The notes under the pieces are model-generated. The model was not told the DNA's origin and did not search any database. It worked only from the letters and a program-made list of their open reading frames with translations. From positions 47,495,955-47,559,954 of the forward strand of contig NC_068987.1 in the NCBI RefSeq assembly GCF_001194135.2: 64,000 nt of DNA. The letters run 5' to 3'. The first letter of the stretch is position 1. Each line of letters begins with the position of its first letter. This document shows positions 53,435-64,000 of this stretch, in pieces. The stretch is from Octopus bimaculoides (Eukaryota). A program made the position numbers and the translations under genes.

Positions 53435-55623
53435 TTAAATGTGAAGGTGATAGCTTTAATACAGAACCACTTTATTAAGAAAGAGTATGTAACAGTATAT
53501 AGTAAATATATGATCAATGTAAAATATTGACCTTCAAGGAAGATGACATAATTCAAAGTATGATTCACTGTGCCTCAATTGAGCTGATTTAGTATTAGTA
53601 TCAAGCGTGTATGATCACAGCAGTTGACATTAGGAAAAGCCTACTGCCATGTACATCAGGAGAGCCATTACTAGCAGGTAGATTTATAAAGCTTGCATAG
53701 AGCTTCTTTATAGCTCTACCTGCTAGTAATAGCAACCTACTGTCTTAAAACTGCCTGTTCAGGGCTGATCTGTGGTTACATGAGAGTCATCTACAGATGC
53801 ATAGCAGAAGTAGCAGACCAAGGAAAATGTGAAGTTATCAAAGCTGGACTGAAAACACTGGAGCTTATGAAAGAGATAACATAAAAGCAAGATGTATGAG
53901 AAGTTGCTGTCTTGTGAACCTATCCAACCCATGGCAAATGTTAAAATGTTAATTATGATTACAACTCAAAATTGTTAGAGTATTTTCTACCAAAAATATA
54001 TATCCTCATGATGTTTAATCTTGTCTCATATATAAACAATTACAAAAAAGAAATATTGTTTTGCAAGTACTTTACTTTGCTAGCATGGGTTGGAATCAAT
54101 GTGTTATTTCTGAAAATGTATTATAGGGGAAGGTTAGAGTGTTTTTTTGTTGTTACTATTGTTTATTGCTAAAAGCTTTTGTATAACAATATGTTCTGTT
54201 AGATAAACAACATTGTGATAGTGTTGTAGTTTATCACTGTTGTGATGGAACAAAAAACTGACTATAGTTTATTTCTTTGTTGTTATTGAGGTGTATAATT
54301 TTTTTATATATATACCTAGAGAAATATAAAGACAAAGATTGTAGAATAAATTTCCTTAAATTAGAAATATGAATAGCAAAGACTTGGTTGTTTTTATATA
54401 TTTTTATTATATTTGTCATTGAATTCAAATGTGGTAAACATGGTAAAAATGGTATAGTGCTGGACAAAATACAATCTGGGTTGAAGATTTTCTACTTCAT
54501 ACATTCAGGGTTAATGAAAATATATTTCAGTCATGTTCTAGGGGTCAGAAATGGTCCCTTCAAAGAATTCTACATGGTTTTCTAGCAAATTTCACTCAGA
54601 AGTCTTGATTTACCTAGATCTGCAGTAGAAGACAATTCCTGAAAGTCCTACATTTTGGGATTGACTGTGAGATCACAAAGTTGCAAAGTATACTTATTAA
54701 CCACATATTCTTATCTCTACCTCTTCTGCAGTTGTCACCTACTCTTCCCTACTTATTGTCCCTCAACACTTGTTCTTCATTATGTTCTCCCTCACACCTT
54801 CACTATTTCTACCATCTCTCACTCAACTGTACACTTTTGCAACATCCACCTATCATTTTACACTTTCTGTTCTGTCCCCACTCCTACTCACCTTGTATCT
54901 TGAGGGTCCCTCTGATACCTCATCACCACTACTTTATCTCTTTCCAGCTCAACCATGACCAATCCTACTCTCTCTTCTATAATGTGAATAGCTATGTAGA
55001 TCCTCTACAGCAATAAACCTGCTGTTTCTGGCTCTCTTCTCCTCATCCCTTGGCATACAGCTGCCTCTTCCCCTCTCTACTGTAGCCCTACTCAAGGATT
55101 TGGTCTTGTCAGCTGCAAAGTGATTGGCATTAGGAAGATTATCCACACAGCTCTCAGGTGCCTTTAGCAGAGTCAACTGAGGGTTGGGTCTCTTATCTTA
55201 GGGCATCTTGAGGCATGGTTTTTCCAATGAAGCAAGCTATGAGCCCTCTCTCCTAGCCTAGGTGCCTGGTGGAGAAAACCATCATGGATGCTACTGTACC
55301 TTCTCTGAATAAACTATGAAATATATCTTTCAATGTTTTGAGGTTAATAAAATATCGGGTCTCTGTCAGTAAAGTTTGTTCATCATTACCATTATCATCA
55401 TCATTTAACATCCATGTTCTATGTTTGTATGGGTGGGATGCTAATTTTTGAGGCAGAATTTCTATTGCTGAATGCCTTTCCTGTTGCCAACCCTTACCTG
55501 TTTGCAAGGAAGGTAATATTTCTCCATGGTCAGGCATGTTTTTATAGAATATTGGAAATGAATGATACTGTTTGATTGATAGTGACACTCATATACATCC
55601 ATACATACATATACATTCATTTA

Positions 55624-56880
55624 TTGGGTTGTCAGATAAATTTGTTTGTTTCTTTCTAATGTTATTAGAATTAGCATGAAAAATATTTTTATCATATTGT
55701 TCTGTTTTTTTTTTGTAGCTATATTCTTCCTCTACAACTTTTGTTTATCATTTTTGAAATTTGAATAAATTTTACTTCTTTTCAGACATATGATGATGGA
55801 GTGCCAAGTAGAAAAAAAAAAAAATGAGCATTTTTGACACTTGCTTCTCTTCACTTTCATTCAAGGTCCTAAAGCTACCAAAGTTGCTCAAGACATTTGT
55901 GCTGTGTATGGAGAACTGCACAGAAATGGTTTACATGCTTCATGGAGGGTAATTCAAATTCACAGACTCTTCACATTCCTCCCAACCTGTTCAGTTCAAT
56001 GAGGATTGATTGAATGAGCTCATCCATGTAGATCTGTGCCAATCCACTTGAGAATTGGCCCAGCAGATGGAATGCTTTCATGATATCTTCAGTTGTCACT
56101 CTCACTTGAGTAAAGTTCAAAAGTTTGCTGCATGGGTTCCACATACTCTAAGTGAGACAAACTCCAGCTTCTCTATCACTGCCAAATTGTTTGCTTAATA
56201 CTAGACAACTTGTGGACACAGAAATTTCTTCACTGCATGTCATCACCAGTGATGAAAAATGGTGTCTTTATGTCAATATGCTGTTGAAGAAAGAAAGGCT
56301 GAATACTGACAAGCAACCAACATCTTGAGCCAAACCAGAGCTGCATTCATGTAAGGCAACAATCTGTGTCTGGTGGGATTAGGAAGGGATAATCTACTAC
56401 AAAATGCTTGAAAACAACCACATGGTCAATGTAGAGCATTACATTCAGCAAATAGACTGGTTCATTTTGGGCAATCCAACTGAAACAACCCAACCAATGA
56501 CATGGTGTTCTTCTTCAACATGACAACACTCACCTCATCATTATATTGACCACAAATACCATTCAAGAGCTCAATTGGGAAGTTCTGCTGCACCCATCAT
56601 ATTCTCCTAATGCTTTCACATTATCACCTTTTCTGGTACCTTTCCATTGTTTGGAAGGCATTTCATTCAACAATGATGTGGAGCTGAAACTGTTGCTCAG
56701 TGTATTCTTTGAGTCAAGACTTAATAATTTACACTGTCTAGGCATTGAAAAGCTAGTGGGGGCATTGCCAAGAAGTGAACAATGAAGGAAAATATATAAC
56801 TGACTGATTTGTTAAAATTATTGATTAAAAACTTTTTTTAAATAAATTGAAAAAAATGAAAATTTATTTGACAATCTACA
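55624..56880 (+). mobile_element. Decayed mariner transposon
   Basis: TIR-like ends ttgggttgtcagataaatt / aatttatttgacaatctac; motifs WVPH, VITSDEKWCLYVN, LQHDNT and LNWEVLLHPSYSP. Confidence 0.85.
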
Positions 56881-57219
56881 TGCAGGATTACATTAGTGAA
56901 TGTTTTCTTTTCTAAGCTAGTGGGGTGATTGATGAAGATTTGGCTGCTATTTCTAAAATATTGAATGATCATAAAGAGGTCCCTTGCTTGCCCCATAAAG
57001 AGAAGTAACTAACAATGTAAGGTATTCTGTCTGACATTTTGTCCATTCTTAAAAATAATGATGGGTTCTGGTCTTTAGAGCCAACCCACAAATTTGTAAG
57101 GCAGTGGTGTATGGTCAGTTGAATTAAACCCCAATATTTGACTGATATATATATATGTATGTGTGTATATATATTGTAGGGGTACCGTATTTTGTTATAC
57201 AATCATAATATACTACCAA

Positions 57220-57690
57220 GGACATTCCTACAGATGTGCCCCCCCCTCCCCGTCGACTTTGTTGCCTCAAACTTCCAGAAAAATATTTTAAAATTAAATT
57301 TGCTACAAATATGCTTTAGATGGTGTAGATTACAATATCAGAATTTGATATGAAGAAAAAATGAATTTGAAATTTCGGAAAAATTGTGCTATGTGTTCTC
57401 ACTATTTTTCTTTTCACAACAAATTCTAATATAATTTACACACTCTGAAAAGTATTTGTAGGAAATTTCATTAAAAAATACCCATTTTCCTGAAAGTTAT
57501 GAGGAAACAAAGCCAACTCATGTGAACTTTCCAAAACTCCTCTTCTCATCTTTCACAACAAATTCTAATATAATGAGAATCTACATTATCTGAAGTATAT
57601 TTGTACAAAATTTCATTAAAAAATATCCATTTTGCTCAAAATTGTGAGACAACAAAGTTGGGGTGGGGGCACACATCTGTAAGAATGTCC
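57220..57690. mobile_element. Unclassified TIR element with an internal tandem duplication
   Basis: GGACATTCCTACAGATGTGCCCCCC ... GGGGGCACACATCTGTAAGAATGTCC, flanked by TACCAA on both sides (57214-57219, 57691-57696); an internal block starting tttcacaacaaattctaatataat occurs twice. Confidence 0.8.
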
Positions 57691-58368
57691 TACCAATTAT
57701 ATTAAAGGCTTTATAAGTGAATAGTGTGTCCTATTGTGTTAGCAGTGCTATTAGATCACTTTTTAAGGTAAAGGCTCTCTCGTTCCCTTCGTCACCTGTT
57801 GTTTAGTCCCGAGTTGGATCTGATTGAACAGATATGATCAAAGACGTCCCAACTGTGACCATTCCGTCTTTCTTCCCTGACATAATGGACTCTACGTGTA
57901 TATCACAGGATAGAGATTTTTCTGTTCTGTACATACAAAAAGTTTGGCTACTTTTTCCAGCAGGTCATGCAACCACATACAGGCTCTATTGTTGGTCTGT
58001 CTCACTAATAATTTTGTTGTTATTTAACCTCAAATCAACCCTGATACAGCAAATGTATCCTCAAAGACATTCCAGTCTTCAGCAAACCGTCTTTTTAGGG
58101 ATAATCTAGGACATTACATACAATGGGTGTGTGATTTAGGTAGGGGAATACTTTGGCTGCTATTTTTAGCGTGTCGAGCGACCAGGTAGAGGCTCTTTCA
58201 TTGGTTCGATTGCATGATGAGATTTTTTAACACATATATGTATGTATATATATATTATCGGCAGAAGTTAGAGAGTAAGTCAAAAGCTGAGAGTTTCATG
58301 TACTGGCTATTGGCACTTATCAAACACGAATTTGGCCATTGTCACTCTGTAACTTCTACCTATTATTA

Positions 58369-58411
<43 letters not shown>

Positions 58412-59216
58412 TGGATGGACGGATACATTCTCATATATGTTGCTATAAAAACATCGCTGGTTATTAAAGAAGGGTTTTGTTAGGGGTGATTTTCAGTTTA
58501 AATTTTTCTGTTGTCGAAGATTCATTGTTTTGTCAATGGACCCGGAAGTTGTTGTTTGCAAACAGCAGCAGTAATTTTCTTCAGCTGAATACACGTCATT
58601 GGTTAAAATTACCCAAATACAACTTTAACCCGAAATAACTTCTAAAATACAAAATTTTGTCAAAAACGTCANNNNNNNNNNNNNNNNNNNNNNNNNNNNN
58701 NNNNNNNNNNNNNNNNNNNNNNNNNNNNNNNNNNNNNNNNNNNNNNNNNNNNNNNNNNNNNNNNNNNNNNNNNNNNNNNNNNNNNNNNNNNNNNNNNNNN
58801 NNNNNNNNNNNNNNNNNNNNNNNNNNNNNNNNNNNNNNNNNNNNNNNNNNNNNNNNNNNNNNNNNNNNNNNNNNNNNNNNNNNNNNNNNNNNNNNNNNNN
58901 NNNNNNNNNNNNNNNNNNNNNNNNNNNNNNNNNNNNNNNNNNNNNNNNNNNNNNNNNNNNNNNNNNNNNNNNNNNNNNNNNNNNNNNNNNNNNNNNNNNN
59001 NNNNNNNNNNNNNNNNNNNNNNNNNNNNNNNNNNNNNNNNNNNNNNNNNNNNNNNNNNNNNNNNNNNNNNNNNNNNNNNNNNNNNNNNNNNNNNNNNNNN
59101 NNNNNNNNNNNNNNNNNNNNNNNNNNNNNNNNNNNNNNNNNNNNNNNNNNNNNNNNNNNNNNNNNNNNNNNNNNNNNNNNNNNNNNNNNNNNNNNNNNNN
59201 NNNNNNNNNNNNNNNN

Positions 59217-59394
59217 ATGAGAAATCGAAAATGCCTCGTGGAAGACCGGCTGCACAACATCTTATTGTTGCTGAAAACGAAATCCTCAATCTCATCTTAT
59301 CTATATGAATTTCTATGGCGGAATTCAATCCCAAAAGAAAAAAACATTTGTTTATTTTTTGGCTGCCATTTCTGAAGTGTATAATGTTGAGTAG
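59217..59394 (+). mobile_element. C-terminal fragment of a Merlin/ISXO2-like transposase (rest probably in the gap)
   Basis: KMPRGR in one frame, then SYLYEFLWRNSIPKEKTFVYFLAAISEVYNVE* in another, resembling the YLxEFxWR motif of Merlin/IS1595-family transposases. Confidence 0.55.
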
Positions 59395-59431
59395 GTGAAT
59401 TTCTAGAACTGCATGGTGACCCTCGCTCGGC

Positions 59432-59558
59432 GATGTCGTGTTCATTGAAAATAGAGATATTTTAATGAAATTTTCTTCAGTGCAATATATTCAAACATCT
59501 GGAGCATAACTGTAGAAAATTTCATTAATAAATATATATTTTTAATGAACACGATCTC
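59432..59558. mobile_element. Short hairpin MITE
   Basis: About 45-bp inverted arms: gtcgtgttcattgaaaatag..taatgaaattttct / agaaaatttcatta..tttttaatgaacacgatc. Confidence 0.55.
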
Positions 59559-61710
59559 ATTGAGATCAGCATGCAATCCTAGAAATTTATCAGTTGAATT
59601 TCATTATCATTTCCATCGACAAAGTTCTCTCCATGCACAATTGCCTGTTGTTTTTGACTCCGTTCCGTCGGGTACTTCTGCAAACCATTTCATTTCCGTT
59701 TTGGAAAAAGAAAAAAACATTTAAAACTTTTATAAGAAAAAATTCCGTCGCATGCTGTTATAGAAAAAAAAAAAAGCACGTGTGGGATTTATTTATAAGC
59801 AGCTAAAAGAAAACGGATAATAATGGTAAGTCGTTCAGTTATTTCCCTTGAATATTTTTATTTACTTTTTTTAACCCCTAAACTTGAAGATTACCGTCGG
59901 TTTAATTACTACTGATACACTTCTCCAAGAGAAGAGCATTTAATTACTTTTGATACTCGGTGGAGTCTCGGAATAGCTGTTAGGAATAAGATATTTTTTC
60001 GACATTTCATAATATTTCACATTACAAAACACTTGTAAATTGCTTTTTAAAAAACATTTGGCGTACTTTTGGGATAACTATCGCTAGCTTGTAGAGAACA
60101 AAACGAACAAGGATTTATGTGGTTGTTTCCTTCTGTGAAAGAATTGTATTGTTCATTTCTGCTTCTCAATTCCGGTTGTATTTTTCTATTGTACATGTCT
60201 CACGAGACGTTTGTAATAGTAAAACTGTATCTTCCAGTCTTGTACTTTCTATCTTTTTGGCATGTTCTTGTTTCAACCATGACTACCCCGTTTCATGTGT
60301 ATTTAGAACTTCATTATTTAATGTGTTCTTTTAATCTGCCCGCTATTTCTAGCAAGTCAAATGGCTTCCCCTGTTTACTCAAGAGGAATAGTATTCATCA
60401 CATTGGTCTGACTTCTAATTTAGATTGGATATTTTTGCCTTTGGTTTTTGACGGTTCGTGAAACACCTTTCCCCTCCGCCCTATGGCAAGAAGTAAAATT
60501 AAAGTGTTTTCTCTACTGATGTTTCATGACGAACATAACCCAACATGTTGTGGTTAGGGTCTTTTGGAATTAAGAGAGGTATGTAAAAATTAGATTTTTT
60601 TGCTCACACACACGCAACAAAATGACATTAAAACATTTTTTTTCTCTTTTGGTAATTCGTATTTAGAAAGTTGATCCTCGGTTTGGCTGTTGTTTCTAGC
60701 TTGTCAGATTTCCAGTTGGGGCGGATTTAAAGTTTGAAATTTTTTCATATTAAAATTTTGAAAACGTGTTTCTAGCATGTCAGGTTTGCTGTTTAGATAC
60801 TTTTTGCGTCTGCTAGTTTATAAGTCTATGCATGCATGAAACATTAGTAGAGATAACACTTCATGTCATAGGGCGGAGAGGAAAAATGTTTGTTTATTTA
60901 TTTTTGAAAAATTGAATTTTACATTTTTTTTTTACAGAATCATAATCTTCGTATTTTTCTGCGTATTTCGCCCCCCCCCCCCAAATTTTTAATGGGAAAA
61001 TTTAAGAAGTTTGGGGCGAGGGGGGGGCACTAAAAGTTTGAAATGCAGATTTTTTTGCCGATTCGGAATCTCTGCCCTCGATGTAGTGGATTCCTGAAGG
61101 GCGTGCAGTCAATTGTCTTTACTTCCGCCATTACAATTATCCTTAATCACTATAGTTATTGCTTTCTTAAGTAGTTTTTCGTAATGATCGTCTCTATAAC
61201 ACAAAAATAACAAGTCTTAATAAGATAAGGGAGACAACTCTGTGATGGGGGACAATTCATAGCGGTGCCATGGGTAATCTAAAACTGTCCAAAACTTAAT
61301 GTCATTACAACTAAAAATTTAATTGCTCTAACAACAAAATTGTTTACTAGTTGCTTGTATTGAACCAATACATTACTGGAACTTATATCCTCACCATTAA
61401 GACTGAAGTATTTAGAAATGTGCTTTAACCATCAGCATCTGTCTCCCCTGCATTTCTTTCGAATTTTGTTGTCAAATGTTGGGAGAAAATGAGTTCCTAG
61501 TTAGAGAAGATCATTGCTAAACATTTAAGAATATAAGAAAAATGAGGAAAATGCTAATTCTGCTACTAATGATGTTAATTATATATCAGGAGAGGAAGTT
61601 ATATCTTAATATTTTTTCCTTCCAGAATCAATTTCAATAAAATGAAAGATAATTAAAATAGGCTGCATCCTATCTGGATTGAAGTGAAATACAAGAAAAC
61701 ATTTGTAAAA

Positions 61711-62365
61711 ATGGATAAATCAACAAACGTTGGGTTTGATCCTTACCATTGTAGGATATGTGATCAGGACTTTGTCCATATGTTGGTCTTGAAAGATCAT
61801 ATAAAGAGACATACTTCTTCAAAATGCTTTCCTTGTGGAGAAAATTTCTCAGAAAACTCTCATCTGTCAAGACATGTAAGAACTCATTCAGGAGAAAAAC
61901 CATTCCATTATGATAGTTGTGGCAAGAACTTCAATGAGAATTACACTTTAAAATCACATCAGAAAAAACAAACCTTTCAATTTACTGAAAAATCTTCTTT
62001 AAAAATACACATTCAAATTCATACAGGATATAAACTTTAGATGTGTGGACTATGTGAAGACCGTTTTACTGAATATTCTACTTTAAAGACACATGTAAGA
62101 ATACATACAGGAGAAAAACCATACCACTGTGATACTCGTGGAAGAGATTTTTTAGTAAATTCCAACTTTAAAAAACACCAACAAAACCATGCCCAGAGAC
62201 AAGATTTATTTGTGTGTAAAGACAGAAATTTTCTCAGAGTTTTGATTTAACCAAGCATGGAAAACACATGAAATGAGAACAGCTAAACATTTACTTTGTC
62301 AATTGTGTGGAGACAAATCTTTTAATGTTACCTTCAAAAGCCATTTAAAAAATTCACACTGATTA
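61711..62365 (+). pseudogene. C2H2 zinc-finger pseudogene, paralog D
   Basis: Colinear with A-C but with a deletion in the F2 Cys pair, C>Y in F3, most of the F3-F4 linker and F4 Cys pair deleted, TAG at 62038-62040, C>R in F6 and a broken F7. F8 remnant LCQLCGDK..SHLKIHTD ends at TAG 62363-62365. Acceptor AG at 61624-61625. Confidence 0.9.
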
Positions 62366-63284
62366 GAAAAACCTTTCTGCTCTTAATTATCTTAATTAAC
62401 TCTATTGTTTGTACATAAACAGACAAACATACATAACACCTTAATTTTTTAATCAGGGTCATTAGTACTATTGTATTCGTATTTACTATTTGTTAATATT
62501 TATGCATTTGTTTAATGAATATCTTATGTTGGAATTTACTTTTTTAGTTATAATAGTGTTCTGTATTATTGTTTTAGTAAAAGTTTACTAGTTCCAAATA
62601 CATTATTTATATCTAAAAATTAAGGTAGTTAGATTTATCTGAGTCAATGAAAATTTCAGCATTGAATTTAGTCCATCATGTTTCAATCTTCAGCCCTCTC
62701 TAATTCATCATTACCCTACAGACTGACAAACTATATTTTGTTGAACTTACATGAAAGACAAGAAAGATGTTTAGCACCACTCTGCTTTGAACCTCATTAT
62801 ATACAGATGGTTCTGTGGGATAAATTACATAAGGACTGTATAAATTTACCCATGACTGAATAGTGCAGAATGGCACCTTATCAGACACTTCAGACTGTTC
62901 TTAAATACTAATCTTAAAGTGTGGATAACCAAGAGTTCATATAGAGTGCTGCATAAAGAATTACCATTATTTAACATCCACTTTTCCATGCATGTTCAGG
63001 TCAAATGGAATTAGTTGAGGCAAATTTTTAATAGCTGGCACCGTGTCTTCTACTATTGGTCTGGGGTCAACCAAAGAGTTGTGAGTGGATTTGGTTGACA
63101 GAGGTTGAAAGAAACCCATCATATATGTAGTTTATGTATATAGAGAGAAGTGGCACCCTTGTACCGAGATCACATGATGGGTGTACACAAGCATCACTAT
63201 CATACAAACAATATCATTCCTTTTCAATTTTCCTGAAAAACCATGCCTGGTCATGGAGAAATATTACCTTAGGTGAATGTTGGC

Positions 63285-63597
63285 AACAAGAAGGCCCGTT
63301 CTGAACCCAGTATAACAACCACAAGTCCTCCTTAATATTGTGGAGAGATGAAATGCCACAAACCTTGCCAAGCATGTATGGTATTTGAAAGAAAGTACCT
63401 TGGAATACAACATAAAGTGGAGGATATTAGAGAAATGTAAAGCTAACTTCAATAGCAGCAGGAAGTGCAGATTATACCTGATTGAGAAAAGAGCCATATT
63501 AAAGAACTCCTGGCAACCAAGCATCTATCTGAACTGCAGAAGTGAAATTTTTAATCCCTGCCCATATGAAAGAAAGTATATTCTATCATACCTATGT
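63285..63597 (+). mobile_element. Penelope-like element, C-terminal endonuclease-region fragment
   Basis: QYNNHKSS, NLAKHVWYLKE, YNIKWRILEKCK, CRLYLIEK and LNCRSEIFNPCPY match the characteristic end of the Penelope ORF. Confidence 0.7.
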
Positions 63598-63603
63598 GCC
63601 CTA

Positions 63604-64000
63604 TCATCATCATCATCGTTTAACGTCCGCTTTCCATGCTATGCTAGCATGGGTTGGACGATTTGACTGAGGACTGGTGAAACCGGATGGCAACACCAGG
63701 CTCCAATCTAATTTGGCAGAGTTTCTACAGCTGGATGCCCTTGCTAACGCCAACCACTCCGAGAGTGTAGTGGGTGCTTTTACGTGTCACCTGCACGAGG
63801 GCCAGTCAGGCGGTACTGGCAACGGCCATGCTCAAAATGGTGTCTTTTATGTGCCACCCGCACAAGAGCCAGTCCAGGGGCACTAGCAACGATCTCGCTC
63901 GAAAATCCTATGAAGGCCAGTCAGGCGGTACTGGCAACGGCCACGCTCAAAATGGTGCATCCCATATGCCACCCGCACAAGAGCCAGTCCAAGGGCACTG
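63604..64000 (-). mobile_element. RTE 3' UTR/tail copy with an internal tandem duplication of about 117 bp
   Basis: (CAT)n tail, then the reverse complement of the RTE 3' UTR; the unit ggccagtcaggcggtactggcaacggcc starts near 63799 and again near 63915. Confidence 0.75.

Noticed and set aside
28269-59445. Long ORFs of 190-260 aa in the ORF track
   Set aside because: They are artefacts of N-gaps (poly-X), not coding.

Overview
AT-rich, microsatellite- and retrotransposon-dense animal genomic DNA with eight N-gaps; the repeat landscape and gene content suggest a coleoid cephalopod, probably Octopus (inference, no database search). The backbone is a same-strand (+) tandem cluster of four paralogous 8-finger C2H2 zinc-finger genes with no effector domain: A (15052-15771) and B (39702-40406) are intact, C (49018-49635) has lost its start codon and finger 1 but keeps seven intact fingers, and D (61711-62365) is a pseudogene. 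Each CDS lies in one exon behind a splice acceptor. A, B and C each have a homologous promoter/non-coding exon-1 module 3-9 kb upstream with an invariant CTGTCGGCAGGAA motif just before a splice donor. The rest is transposon debris: a Tx1/L1-clade LINE, RTE LINEs, Penelope, decayed hAT, Tc1/mariner (two), pogo-like and Merlin-like transposases, three tRNA-derived SINE families and many MITEs. Best leads: an invariant terminal finger against hypervariable flanking fingers, the duplicated promoter module, a 129-bp exact inverted templated patch inside a MITE, unclassified TIR elements with 6-bp (or 4-bp) duplications, and a 427-bp foldback. No rRNA, genuine tRNA or CRISPR array is supported.
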